A stretch of DNA of 63,797 nt, counting the filler, from Octopus bimaculoides (Eukaryota): assembly GCF_001194135.2 (NCBI RefSeq). It is 4 parts of 4 records of this genome, joined end to end, with 100 filler letters (N's around TTAATTAATTAA, not from the genome) between each part and the next. Parts side by side here need not be neighbours in the genome. Positions count along the whole stretch, not along the records: positions 1 to 28,590 come from NC_068982.1; positions 28,691 to 48,645 come from NC_068981.1; 2 more parts are not named here. The stretch is one strand, 5' to 3'. The position numbers and the translations under genes were made by a program. Each line of letters starts with the position of its first letter. Positions within the stretch are counted from its first letter, which is position 1. This document shows, piece by piece, positions 25,635-39,584 of the stretch. The notes under the pieces were generated by a model. The model worked only from the letters and a program-made list of their open reading frames with translations. It ran no database searches and was not told the DNA's origin.

Positions 25635-26074
25635 NNNNNNNNNNNNNNNNNNNNNNNNNNNNNNNNNNNNNNNNNNNNNNNNNNNNNNNNNNNNNNNNNN
25701 NNNNNNNNNNNNNNNNNNNNNNNNNNNNNNNNNNNNNNNNNNNNNNNNNNNNNNNNNNNNNNNNNNNNNNNNNNNNNNNNNNNNNNNNNNNNNNNNNNNN
25801 NNNNNNNNNNNNNNNNNNNNNNNNNNNNNNNNNNNNNNNNNNNNNNNNNNNNNNNNNNNNNNNNNNNNNNNNNNNNNNNNNNNNNNNNNNNNNNNNNNNN
25901 NNNNNNNNNNNNNNNNNNNNNNNNNNNNNNNNNNNNNNNNNNNNNNNNNNNNNNNNNNNNNNNNNNNNNNNNNNNNNNNNNNNNNNNNNNNNNNNNNNNN
26001 NNNNNNNNNNNNNNNNNNNNNNTATATATATATATAAGTTCAAAAAAAAGGAAAAAGACAAAAAACAATAACAA

Positions 26075-26700
26075 CAACGTGAGGACGTGATATAGATAGT
26101 ATTACTAGACGCTCGGGAAAGGAAAGAGAGAGAGAGTATGACGTTTCGAGCGGAGCTCTTCGTCGGAAACAAGGAAAGTTAAAAGAAGGGAAAAACGGAG
26201 GAAGAAAAAATCGCCACCGATGTTCACGAGGTTACATTGTGGAAATACACATATACATATATATACATACACATATGTGGAACCTGCAGTAACCCCATCT
26301 ACAAATATATAGAGGGGAACAAACAAATAAAATTTAAGAGTGGTCACACATTCAAAGTAAATGCAGACATGAATTGCAAGACGCGAAATGTAATATACTG
26401 CATAACCTGCCCCACATGCAAGGAGAATTATATAGGCGAAACTGGAAATTCTTTATGCCAACGAGCCAGGATTCACCGACAACATGTCCGACAGGAGGAA
26501 CTACGGAAAATTCCACAGTGAGCACCTAGAAGCATGTGGAGAAGGAAAATTTAAGATCTTTCCCTTCTATAAATGCTCAAGAAACGACACCTCCTTCAGG
26601 AAAAATATGGAGAAATACTTCATAACAAAATTCACCGAAACTGAATGGCTGAAAACATGTAAATCACAACCCATCTAGGTTCTTCAACTTTGGAATAACA
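26075..26700 (+). mobile_element. 5'-truncated Penelope-like element: GIY-YIG endonuclease with an inverted terminal repeat upstream
   Basis: CKTRNVIYCITCPTCKENYIGETGNSL..R...H, then across a frameshift HLEACG...FKIFPFYK...EKYFITKF. Confidence 0.9.
26136..26170 (-). ncRNA. Minimal hammerhead-ribozyme-like motif (PLE type, U4C core variant)
   Basis: Minus strand GTTT-CCGACGA-A-GAGC-TCC-GCTC-GAAA-CGTC-ATAC: core, 4-bp stem II, palindromic ACGT stem III and GUC cleavage triplet. Stem I has one mismatch. Confidence 0.6.
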
Positions 26701-26928
26701 GAGCCTAAAACGGCAAGAAACCCAGATAGTGGGACATTTTAATACCAACTAGAATTGAACCCAGTTACCTAGGTTCTCATATTTCTCTTCTACCTTTTTT
26801 TTAACTAACCAGCTGTATAGATGTAAACACAATCCCTTCCTCTTCCTTCCTTCCCTTCTCTTTTCTATTGACACTCTTTTCAGATACACAGGCACATACA
26901 CGCGCACACGCACATGCACACATACACA

Positions 26929-26974
<46 letters not shown>

Positions 26975-27519
26975 AAAACACACCCACACACTCTCTCCCA
27001 CTGGACAATGATGCTAAAAAATTTTTTTTTGAAAAACAACTTTCTTCCAAACAATGCCACCTGGTTTTGCCATTTCTTTAAAAGACCAAGAATAAACTTG
27101 TCATTGAAAGAACTGACCAGCTGTAAACACAATTTTCTTCTTTCCTTCTCTTTCCCATTGACAATCCTTTCAGATACACAGGCACACACACGCACGCACA
27201 CACACACACACTAATACAAAAACACTCTCACACACACACACTCTCTCTCTCACTTTTCCCTCCATTCCCCACCCTCTCTTACTATCCTATATATATCTCT
27301 CTCCACCCCTACACATTCAATAACACTATAAAAAGAGACAGCCTCTCAAGGTGAAATCAAAATTTGAAAACCCTACAAGACTAGGTGAAAGCGCTAATTT
27401 ATTTATAAAACGTGATATGAATAAAAATCTGTAAATATACAACCAACCAGACATCTGAGTACCTGATTATTATTTTTTCTAACATATAATTCCTGTACAT
27501 CACCTCCAAATATATGCAT

Positions 27520-27550
<31 letters not shown>

Positions 27551-28277
27551 CATATATACATATATATATATATAAACACATATATATACATATATATACA
27601 TATATATGTATGTACAGATAGATAGATATTTGTGTGCATCTTTGTATCTGTGTTTGTCACCCCACATCCACTGCTTGACAACCAGTGTTGGTGTGATTAC
27701 ACCCCATAACCTAGAGGTTCGGCAAAATAGACCGATAGAATAAGTCCGAGTAGAAATCCTTCAAGGCGGTGCTCCAGTATGGCTGCAGCCAAATGGCTGA
27801 AATAGGTGAAAGAATTGAATGAAAAGATGAATGAATAAAGAGTTGTATTAAAGTGAAATGACCTGAGTTTGCAAATAGTTGTAGATGTTGCACGTTTATC
27901 TCTTACGTGTTGTAGACCAAAGGCTGCGGCCATGCTTCAGCAGCGCCATTATTAATTTTTCTTGTTATTAGGTTTAAATGCTCATCCGTATTATGAGAGC
28001 AGCCAGATATATACATCGGCAGAAGAGAAAGTGGATGCAGTTAGACATATAGAAAAATGGATAGATAGACAGATAGGTAGGTGAGACTTCAGACGTACAA
28101 ATTGATTGCTAAACGGAAATGAAACTGTTATATTTAAAAGTAAAGTTTTGATTAAATTTTGAAATTCTCGCTTGTGTTTAATATATTTGCATAATGTTTT
28201 CAAATATGCTGACAATCACCGTCGAATTTCCACAGATATCGCTTGTTTTTACATTCAATCTCATAATATTTCTTTAC

Positions 28278-28590
28278 ACGGTCCGGTTGAGATGCTCGGG
28301 GTCTGGTTTGGTCCAGACCTCCAAACGGAGAAGAACTGGGACGAGATAACGAGAAGGGTGGCCACTCTAGCCCGGCAATGGGCCGAGAGGAAGCTTTCCC
28401 TGAAAGGTCGGGCGGAGGTGGCGAACACGTACATCGCGTCCGTCATCTACTACCGCCTGACCATCGTTCCTTGTCCCGACCCTACCATCACCAAACTGGA
28501 GCGCATCCTCTTCCGCTTCTTGTGGAAAGGAAGCGTTCCGATGGTTAGGCGATCCGTTTGCTGCCAACACCCGTTAAAAGGAGGACTGGG
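28278..28590 (+). mobile_element. L1/Tx1-clade LINE RT C-terminal fragment
   Basis: RKLSLKGRAEVANTYIASVIYYRL...ERILFRFLWKG...HPLKGGLG. Cut by the assembly join. Confidence 0.85.
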
Positions 28591-28690
28591 NNNNNNNNNN
28601 NNNNNNNNNNNNNNNNNNNNNNNNNNNNNNNNNNTTAATTAATTAANNNNNNNNNNNNNNNNNNNNNNNNNNNNNNNNNNNNNNNNNNNN
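28591..28690. other. Artificial scaffold join (44N-TTAATTAATTAA-44N)
   Basis: Exactly 100 bp. The palindromic 12-mer puts stop codons in all six frames. Identical at 48646 and 61455. Confidence 0.95.
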
Positions 28691-30522
28691 CTTATATATT
28701 TGCATAAGTGGGTACAAGATGTCATGAAATGTGTACAACAAAAATAAAAAGTACGAGTAGATGGAATATGAACTATTTTTTCGAACAACGAAAGGCACAA
28801 ATGGAAAACAAGACAAACAACATAAAGAACGACCCTTCATCAGTTGCTTGGTGGTGTTCTACTCTCGTATTTTGAGCATATATATATATATATATGCATT
28901 TAATTATACAATATAAATACACACAACCACATGCAGTCATTCTATATTTAATTTTTTTTTTCAGTAGTACACACACGCTCATACATATATATGCGATGCC
29001 CCAGCTTGGCCACAGCCTATGCACTGGAACACATAAAAGAACAAAGGAATACCGTTTCTGATTTTGGCACAAGGGCTGCGATTTCCAAGAGAAGGGATAT
29101 GGCGACATAATCGATCTGCAGCTTTATTTCATCGACTGTCAAACGATGAAACGGAATGTTGACTTTGATGGGGTTTGAACTCGCTAAACCTCCATCAAAA
29201 CAGTTCTGCCAGCTCCCCCTGCATATGTATGTGTATATATATATATATATGTATATATATATTTGTATATAAATATNNNNNNNNNNNNNNNNNNNNNNNN
29301 NNNNNNNNNNNNNNNNNNNNNNNNNNNNNNNNNNNNNNNNNNNNNNNNNNNNNNNNNNNNNNNNNNNNNNNNNNNNNNNNNNNNNNNNNNNNNNNNNNNN
29401 NNNNNNNNNNNNNNNNNNNNNNNNNNNNNNNNNNNNNNNNNNNNNNNNNNNNNNNNNNNNNNNNNNNNNNNNNNNNNNNNNNNNNNNNNNNNNNNNNNNN
29501 NNNNNNNNNNNNNNNNNNNNNNNNNNNNNNNNNNNNNNNNNNNNNNNNNNNNNNNNNNNNNNNNNNNNNNNNNNNNNNNNNNNNNNNNNNNNNNNNNNNN
29601 NNNNNNNNNNNNNNNNNNNNNNNNNNNNNNNNNNNNNNNNNNNNNNNNNNNNNNNNNNNNNNNNNNNNNNNNNNNNNNNNNNNNNNNNNNNNNNNNNNNN
29701 NNNNNNNNNNNNNNNNNNNNNNNNNNNNNNNNNNNNNNNNNNNNNNNNNNNNNNNNNNNNNNNNNNNNNNNNNNNNNNNNNNNNNNNNNNNNNNNNNNNN
29801 NNNNNNNNNNNNNNNNNATATATATATATATATATATATATAATTATATATATATATATAATATAATATATATATACATTTGCGAATATATATATATGTG
29901 TATATATATATACATATGTAATATATAATATATATATACACACGCACATACACACACTCATACATACAATTCCGTTCAAACACGCATATATAACTCATAG
30001 GCGTATGTGTACTGTAGGTATGTACATGTGTGTGGGTGTATATATATATATATATATTTATATGCATGTGACTTTTAAATAATAACATTAATGGTTTCAA
30101 ATTTTGGCACAAGGCCGTCAATTTCTAGGAAGGGCATAAGTGGATTACATCGACCTCAGTGTTCACCTAGTACTTATTTTATCGACCCTGAAAGGATGAA
30201 AGGCAAAGTCGATCGCGGTGGACATTGAACTGAGAACGTAAAGTCGGACGAAAATAATAATGATGATGATGATGATAATAATAATAATAATAATGATTTC
30301 TTTTATTGGTCACAAGGGCTCAAGACATGGAGGATAATATCGAAGGACGAGCTTCAGCACACACGCGACAAAAAAAAACAAAAATACAGCAAAACAAACC
30401 TTACAAAAACATGTGGGGTTAACATCGATCAAGGGGAGATACTACCACATTAAAGGATGTAACAGAGAACATATAACAACAACAACAATAATGATAATAA
30501 TAATAATAATCTTTTTTTACTG

Positions 30523-30720
30523 TAGGCACAAGGCCCGAAATTTCTGGAACGGGGTAAATCGATTACATCGACTCCAGTGTTTCACTGGTACCAAATTTAT
30601 CGACCTAAAAAGGATGAAAGGTAAAGTCGACCTCGGCGGAATTTGAACTCAGAACGTAGCGACGGGCGAAATACCGCTAAACATTTCGTCCAGCGCGTGA
30701 ACGATTCTGCCAGGCCGCCG

Positions 30721-30723
<3 letters not shown>
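30523..30723 (-). mobile_element. SINE family A copy
   Basis: Same core as 9078-9287. Confidence 0.85.
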
Positions 30724-30773
<50 letters not shown>

Positions 30774-30784
30774 TATCATTATCC

Positions 30785-30993
30785 TTTCTACTCAAGGCAC
30801 AATGCCTGAAATTTTGGGGGAGGGGATGAGTCAATTACATCGATTCCCCACTGCGTAACTGGTACCTAATTTATCGACCCTGAAAGGATGAAAGGCAAAG
30901 TCGACCCCGGCAGCATTTGAACTCAGAACGTGTAAACAGACAAAATACCGCTAAGCATTTCGTCCAGCGTGCTAACGATTCTGCCAGCTCGCC
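30785..30993 (-). mobile_element. SINE family A copy
   Basis: Same core, tandem to the previous copy across an (AAT)n tract. Confidence 0.85.
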
Positions 30994-31180
30994 AAATATT
31001 AATAAATAGGCGCAGACGTTGCTGCGTGATAAGAAGCTTGCATCCCAACCACATGGTTCCTTGTTCGGTCCCACTGCGTGGCATCTTGTGCAAGTGTCTT
31101 CTACTATAACCTCAGGCCGACCAAAGCTTTGTGACTAGATTTGGTAGACGGAAACTGAAAGAAGCCCGTCGTATATATAA

Positions 31181-31213
<33 letters not shown>

Positions 31214-31848
31214 TANNNNNNNNNNNNNNNNNNNNNNNNNNNNNNNNNNNNNNNNNNNNNNNNNNNNNNNNNNNNNNNNNNNNNNNNNNNNNNNNNNNNN
31301 NNNNNNNNNNNNNNNNNNNNNNNNNNNNNNNNNNNNNNNNNNNNNNNNNNNNNNNNNNNNNNNNNNNNNNNNNNNNNNNNNNNNNNNNNNNNNNNNNNNN
31401 NNNNNNNNNNNNNNNNNNNNNNNNNNNNNNNNNNNNNNNNNNNNNNNNNNNNNNNNNNNNNNNNNNNNNNNNNNNNNNNNNNNNNNNNNNNNNNNNNNNN
31501 NNNNNNNNNNNNNNNNNNNNNNNNNNNNNNNNNNNNNNNNNNNNNNNNNNNNNNNNNNNNNNNNNNNNNNNNNNNNNNNNNNNNNNNNNNNNNNNNNNNN
31601 NNNNNNNNNNNNNNNNNNNNNNNNNNNNNNNNNNNNNNNNNNNNNNNNNNNNNNNNNNNNNNNNNNNNNNNNNNNNNNNNNNNNNNNNNNNNNNNNNNNN
31701 NNNNNNNNNNNNNNNNNNNNNNNNNNNNNNNNNNNNNNNNNNNNNNNNNNNNNNNNNNNNNNNNNNNNNNNNNNNNNNNNNNNNNNNNNNNNNNNNNNNN
31801 NNNNNNNNNNNNNTATGTGTATATATATATGTATGTATGTATATATAA

Positions 31849-31941
<93 letters not shown>

Positions 31942-32347
31942 TGTGTGTGTATGTGTGTGTGTGTGTATGTGTGTATATATATATATATATATACATATAA
32001 CACGCCCATACACCGCCGGTAACATACTTCCATATTTATGTTCGCACATACAGCTGCTCTCTATCTCTCTCGCAGACACACACATACACACACACATCTG
32101 TGTGGGTTAAACGTAATTCTGGTAATTCCTCCACTGCGTGAGCCAACTCTACATTTGCACTCCGTTCACCTCTCTCTCAGTGAAGTCACACTCAAGAATA
32201 GATATGTTTACTTTGCGTTTCCGTTTTCTACCCGCAAGTCATTTTTACTCTCTTTATACACAGTTAATCAAATATATTTAACTTCACTCAGAAGTGAAGA
32301 AAGTTAGAGCGCGTGTATGTGTGTACAATATATTTATTTTTAACAAT

Positions 32348-32695
32348 TTATTTTATTCTTTTATTTGTTTCAGTCATTTGACTCCGCACATGCTGGAGTA
32401 CCGCCTTTAGTCGAACAAATCGACCCCAAGACTTTGTAATCCTAGTACTTATTCTATCGGTCTCTTTTGCCGAACCGTTACGTTACGGGGACGTTAACAC
32501 ACCAGCATCAGTTTTCAAGCGATGGTTGGAGGATAAACAGACAGACAGACACACACACACAAACACACACTTACAAAGCTTTGGATAGCCCGAGGCTATA
32601 GTAGAAGACAGTTGCCCAAGATGTCACGCAGTGGGACTGAACTCGGAAGATTGTGGTCGGTAAGAAAGCTACTTACCACACAGACACTCCTGTGC
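32348..32695 (-). mobile_element. SINE family B copy
   Basis: Near-complete reverse copy. Confidence 0.8.
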
Positions 32696-32951
32696 CTATA
32701 TATATATATATNNNNNNNNNNNNNNNNNNNNNNNNNNNNNNNNNNNNNNNNNNNNNNNNNNNNNNNNNNNNNNNNNNNNNNNNNNNNNNNNNNNNNNNNN
32801 NNNNNNNNNNNNNNNNNNNNNNNNNNNNNNNNNNNNNNNNNNNNNNNNNNNNNNNNNNNNNNNNNNNNNNNNNNNNNNNNNNNNNNNNNNNNNNNNNNNN
32901 NNNNNNNNNNNNNNNNNNNNNNNNNNNNNNNNNNNNNNNNNNNNNNNNNNN

Positions 32952-32997
<46 letters not shown>

Positions 32998-33527
32998 GAC
33001 ATAGAAGCATACACACATAAATCTACATTTCACTCTGCACCCATCTTTTCTAACCTTCCATTCCATGCATTTTCCTATAACTGTCACACCAAATTCTTCT
33101 CGCGTCTAAATTTCCTATCACTCATACTCGGTCGACAGGTATTTCGTTGAAATAAATACTTCGCATATCCTAAAGTCACAGCTACGGTTTGTCTTTGCTC
33201 ACGTCCCTTACTCCAGCTATGTTAGTTATCTATCAACAGGAGCCACACATGTTTTAAAGCTCTTATGCTGACAACGCAAGGCAAACGTCAACGAGATCAT
33301 ACAACGTGCCAGAAATAACAGTCAAATATCCAACAACTCACAATAGTTATGTGTTGAGTTGGTTGCATAATGATATAGTACAAAAGAAATGCATTCTTTC
33401 TGAAAACACGAGGGGATGTCCACGGCTGGAAAGTGTTTGATATTCAATCAAGTACACGTGGGGACTAGCGTAAAACATGCTTCGAATTCATGTTGTAGTA
33501 GCACTGAAGAACGATATGGAAGCAGAT

Positions 33528-33568
<41 letters not shown>

Positions 33569-33918
33569 GTGCGTGTGTGTGTGTGTGTTCATGTGTGTGT
33601 TCGTGTGTGTGTCGAGGGTATCTACATACGTATACTGTTATAATATGGGTTAGCGCTCGCAACGCCATGAATCACGGCTTAGGGTGAAATAGTTGTGGTG
33701 TGTCTGGTGGGAAAGGGAGGGGCTAATGTCCGGAGTTGTATGAAAAACAACATGTAAATAAATCAATATATATAAATATACAGATACATAAGTATATAAA
33801 AATACGTATTTGTATGCGTGCGTGTGTGTGTGTGTGTGTGTGTGTGTCTGTATAAAACATTCACACACAAACATATAAATACATATATATATATGCATAT
33901 TTTGTGTGTGTGTGTGTA

Positions 33919-33955
<37 letters not shown>

Positions 33956-34758
33956 TAAGAAGTTTGCTTCTCAACCACATGGTTTCAGGTTCAGTCAAAC
34001 CACCACTTGACGACCGGTGTTGGCGTGTTTACGTCCCTATAATTTAGCGGTTTAGCATAATCGACCAATAGAATAAGTACCAGGCTTTAAAAAAAAGTAC
34101 ACTCGTCGATTTATTCGACTAAAAATTCTTCAAGGTGGTGCCCCAGCATGGCCGCAGTCTAATGACTAAAACAAGTAAAAGAGAAAAGATGTATGCACAC
34201 ACACGCACACACACACACACACACAAAGACACATACCCCAACCACACACACAGACGCACACATACACACACAGACACACATACATGAAAGCATGCCTGTA
34301 TCTATGTCTAATAACATATCTAAATTAATTGATTCTCCAATCATTCTTTACATCGTATAGAGAAAGAGGAGGGAAAGAGTAATATAGTGACACAGAGAGA
34401 CACATAAGAGGTGAAGAACGAGAGCTCATACAAGGTTTGATGGCAGACAAAAAGTAAAAAAAAAAGTCATTCACACACTCACACAGTGAGAAAGAAAGAA
34501 CCGCAGATATAAATGAAAGAGAATAAGGAGAATGACAGAGAAGTTATGGGTGGAGATATACAACTATTCTTTTATTCTTTTATTTGTTTCAGTCATTTGA
34601 CTGCGGCCATACTGGAGCACCGCCTTTAATCGAGCAAATCGACCCCATGACTTATTCTTTGTAAGCCTAGTACTTATTCCATCGGTCTCTCTTGCCGAAC
34701 CGCTAGGTGACGAGGATTGTCAAGCGATGTTGGGTGCACAAACATAGACACACAAACA

Positions 34759-34790
<32 letters not shown>

Positions 34791-35639
34791 CGACGGGCGT
34801 CTTTCATACACTCACACACACACACATACACNNNNNNNNNNNNNNNNNNNNNNNNNNNNNNNNNNNNNNNNNNNNNNNNNNNNNNNNNNNNNNNNNNNNN
34901 NNNNNNNNNNNNNNNNNNNNNNNNNNNNNNNNNNNNNNNNNNNNNNNNNNNNNNNNNNNNNNNNNNNNNNNNNNNNNNNNNNNNNNNNNNNNNNNNNNNN
35001 NNNNNNNNNNNNNNNNNNNNNNNNNNNNNNNNNNNNNNNNNNNNNNNNNNNNNNNNNNNNNNNNNNNNNNNNNNNNNNNNNNNNNNNNNNNNNNNNNNNN
35101 NNNNNNNNNNNNNNNNNNNNNNNNNNNNNNNNNNNNNNNNNNNNNNNNNNNNNNNNNNNNNNNNNNNNNNNNNNNNNNNNNNNNNNNNNNNNNNNNNNNN
35201 NNNNNNNNNNNNNNNNNNNNNNNNNNNNNNNNNNNNNNNNNNNNNNNNNNNNNNNNNNNNNNNNNNNNNNNNNNNNNNNNNNNNNNNNNNNNNNNNNNNN
35301 NNNNNNNNNNNNNNNNNNNNNNNNNNNNNNNNNNNNNNNNNNNNNNNNNNNNNNNNNNNNNNNNNNNNNNNNNNNNNNNNNNNNNNNNNNNNNNNNNNNN
35401 NNNNNNNNNNNNNNNNNNNNNNNNNNNNNNNNNNNNNNNNNNNNNNNNNNNNNNNNNNNNNNNNNNNTACGTATGCCATCAAACCATCCACTCGCAACTG
35501 CACAAGCCTAAAAGAACCCACGGAAAATCACAGCCTTCAAATAGAAGCAAACATATATGGAAACTAAACCTACACCTGAAAGAAATCTCCCACCGTACTC
35601 ATATACACACGCATACACGCAAACACACATACGCCCACG

Positions 35640-35674
<35 letters not shown>

Positions 35675-36224
35675 TCCTCACACTTCCGAGTTAAAGAGCT
35701 ATGGCCGCCATTTCAAAAGATTCCGAAGTCCGGGACTTCCCACCTTGAAATAAAATGGGCTCTGAACTTTCCGACACTCACTATAAAATTATCACTCTGC
35801 AATTCCGTCGAGTTCTCTTTTTCTTTGAGATTACTTTGAGATTCTATGTTTCACTTGTTTCAGTAAAAGGACTGCGGCCAAGCTGGAGTAGCACCTTGAA
35901 GGGTTTAGTCGAATATATCAACCCGCTGTACTTATTTTTAAGTTTGGTACTTGTTTTATTAGTCTATTTTGCTGAAGTACTACCTCGCGGGAGACATAAA
36001 CAAACCAATACCAGTTGTTAAGCAGTGTGTGGGGAGTCGGGGAACAAACACAAATATGACGGACTTCCACTCAATTTCCGTCTACAAAATTAATTCACAA
36101 GGCATAAGTCGGCCCGGAGATATAAGTAGAAGATACTTCTCCAAGGTACTACCCAGCAGGACCGAACCCGAAATCAAGTCTTAACCACATAGCTACACCT
36201 GGACCTATATTCTTTCTTTCTACT

Positions 36225-36414
36225 GCAAGCACAAGCCTCAAATTTGGGGGAAGATTACATCGACCCAGGGCGTGACTTGTACTTATTTAATCGACACAGA
36301 AAGGATGAAAAGTAAAGTCGACCTCGGCGGAATTTAAACTCAGAACGTAACGACAGACGAAATACCACTATGCATTTCACCCGGCGTGCTAACGTTTTTG
36401 CCAGCTCGCCGCCT
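36225..36414 (-). mobile_element. SINE family A copy
   Basis: Same core. Confidence 0.85.
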
Positions 36415-37239
36415 TAACCTGCACCTATATTATCTATACTTTTATTTGTCTGTATTGTTTATATCTATGCTGTTGACCACCTTGTGTTGTTTCTCTAAGT
36501 TCATTTTCGTTGTAATTATGAACATTTTCCTAAATCATAAATATTTTATTCTCTTTTTTATGTCTAAGTATGTCATCTGTTGGATTCAAAGTAGAAAAAC
36601 TGCGGTGCTGGTGATGGATACTTAAGCTGAAACACGTGTACACAGTGGTTCTCTTGTCTCCAGACAATTAGACAGCCGGTTCCTCAGTGACATGTCAGAT
36701 TTGGAGAAATCTTGATTCTTAAGATTATCTCCAGTTCTCAGGCGGAGTTGATTGCAACTTTTACATGATATCTGTTAATTCTTCTCTTGAAGAGAATTTC
36801 AATTTCTATACGTCATGACTTTATCCTGTGTAGTATTTGATATACTTTTATTCATCGCTGTGATGGCACATGGCTTAGTAGTTAGAATGCAGGCCTCACG
36901 ATCAGAGGATCATGTGTTGGAATCCCGAGTTGAGGGTGCCTTGTGTTCTTCGGCACAGTTCTTCACTTCACGTTGTTCTGATCTATTTAGTTGTAAATGA
37001 ATCCCAGTTTAGTGTTGGCGCAACTTTCTCTCTTTCTAATTATCACATTCTCAATGTTCCGCTAGGTCAAAGGTGGGTGAGCCGAGAGCGTTCCTGCGTC
37101 TCTTCGTGGCCGCTTAGGTACCTAAAACAACTTGTGAAAGCGTGGCATAAGCTATAAGCTCATAGACCCTCAGGAGAGACGGGTAAGCTGTTTACATCCG
37201 TGTCACTCGTCACTGAGTTACTCTTCTCAACTCATTTTC

Positions 37240-37277
<38 letters not shown>

Positions 37278-37685
37278 NNNNNNNNNNNNNNNNNNNNNNN
37301 NNNNNNNNNNNNNNNNNNNNNNNNNNNNNNNNNNNNNNNNNNNNNNNNNNNNNNNNNNNNNNNNNNNNNNNNNNNNNNNNNNNNNNNNNNNNNNNNNNNN
37401 NNNNNNNNNNNNNNNNNNNNNNNNNNNNNNNNNNNNNNNNNNNNNNNNNNNNNNNNNNNNNNNNNNNNNNNATCCATATATGAATAAAAAGTGAATTATG
37501 TTTACTCTTTTAAATGCCGTACGGTTCAAACACGAATAATCCAAATGGCATAATGCAATTATTGACAGTATTAATAAAGCCACAAAAAATATGAACGTCA
37601 TTTAATTTAAGATTATTTTTAAATGGCTTGGATTAGAAAAAAAAAATGTATTTTACTTTTAATATTCAATATTATACTTCCATTT

Positions 37686-37885
37686 AAGGTGACGAGTTGG
37701 CAGGATCGTTAGCACGCCGGGCGAAATGCTTTCTGGTATTTCGTCTGTCTGTACGTTCTGAGTTCAAATTCCGCCGAGGTCGACTTCTCCTTTTATCCTT
37801 TCGGGGTCGATTAAATAAGTACCAGTTGCGCACTGGGTCGATGTAATAATTTAATCCCCTCCCCTAAGCTGCTCTTGTGGCAAAA
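37686..37885 (+). mobile_element. SINE family A copy
   Basis: Same core in sense orientation. Confidence 0.85.
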
Positions 37886-38341
37886 AAATTTAAAATCAAT
37901 ATTATACTTTCATTAAGTCCAACTACTTTGTCACTGTTTGATTAGGTAACCTTGAAATCTGTTTTGATGGGTAAATGATTGAGGATTGTCCAACAGTAGA
38001 AGATTAAATTGAGCTTTCGAATCATAGTTACAAAAGATGGATACTTAGCGACCTTTGGTCATTATGCTGTGGACGTCTTCAATGAAAAAAGTGACTATTT
38101 TTACCATATTCAATGAAGGAGACCCGTATAAAACTGTTGAAAGGAGGGATTGGTACATTTATCGAAAGGGACAAGCTGTAATGTTTTGATTAACGAACTA
38201 CAAGACTGTTTCAAACGGATATCACTATTGACAACAGCTTCGGTTTAGGATACGTGCATGCCAGGAGGAGACACGTTGTAGGGAGAGTCGCTGAAGAGGT
38301 GACAGGATGTGTAACGAAAGATTTCAGACAAAAGACACTAA

Positions 38342-38378
<37 letters not shown>

Positions 38379-39584
38379 TTAATAATAATAAAGCTGAAGT
38401 GAAGATCAAATACATAATGCGTGTGGTTAATTGGCAAGAAATATGACCATCCCCAAATATAAAAATATTTGTTTCAGCCAACAATTTCACATCAGGAATC
38501 TTGCAAAACAAACGCATAAACGTATACATACATACATACATACACACACACATATATATATGTATATGTATGTGTGTGTGTGTGTGTGCGTTCCCTCCTC
38601 CCCATAACCTAGCGGTTCGGCAAAGTCACCGATAGAATAAGTACCAGGCTTGTAAGAAAAATGAGTACAGGAGTCGATTCGTTCGACTAAATCTCTTGGA
38701 GACAGTACACAGCACAGCCGCAGTCTAACGAGTGAAACAAGTATTTTACTTGTTAAAAGATAAAATGGCTGTTACAGTGTCATGGTTTGAAGCTGTATGC
38801 CTTGTAAGATTAAATAAAAGAAAAGAACAATAAATAAATAAACATAACACACACACACACACACAAAGAAAAAAAAAACGCGTCTGCATCAACTGAAAGG
38901 CCATACATATATTAGCCAAACACTTAATAAATTTTGTTTCTTTTAGTGTTTCGAATGGTCATCTGAATGCACACAATGCCAAGCGTCACATTTCTGCATT
39001 GCTTGTAACTGAGAAAAAGTGTTTGAATGATAGCTATGATAAAAGCTGTTAAAAGCTGTAGATCATCGATAGCTGGACTAGGAAAGAGTCGTTTTAGATT
39101 TGCATCTCATTAACAAGTAACGGTCACTATTTGAATCACCTCCCACCGCACCCATATGTATGTATATACATGTAAATATTATATATGTTCTCTTCGCTGG
39201 AGACTGCTATAATGTATAATGGCAGTGAGAGAAAGAGAGAGAGAGAAAAAAGAGAGAGAGAGAGAGAGAGAGTGAAAGAAAGAGAGAGTGAAAGAAAGAG
39301 AGAGGGAAAGAAAGAGAGAAAGAGAGGAAGAGAAAGTGAATGTGCTTAAGGGGAGAGAATCACTTCTAAGTTAATATTTTTTTCTAGTTGAAGTTGGAAA
39401 ATTCTTATAGGAGTGACTGTGTGGTAAGTAGCTTGCTTACCAGCCACATGGTTCGTGGCACCGTGGGCAAGTGTCTTCTACTATAGCCTCGGGCCAACCA
39501 AAGCCTTGTGAGTGGATTTGGTAGACGGAAACTGAAAGAAGCCCGTCGTATAAATGTATGTATGTATATACATACATATACTTT

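Noticed and set aside
28635-28646. TTAATTAATTAA palindrome recurring three times
   Set aside because: Always centred in exactly 44N on each side; an artificial six-frame-stop linker, not biology.
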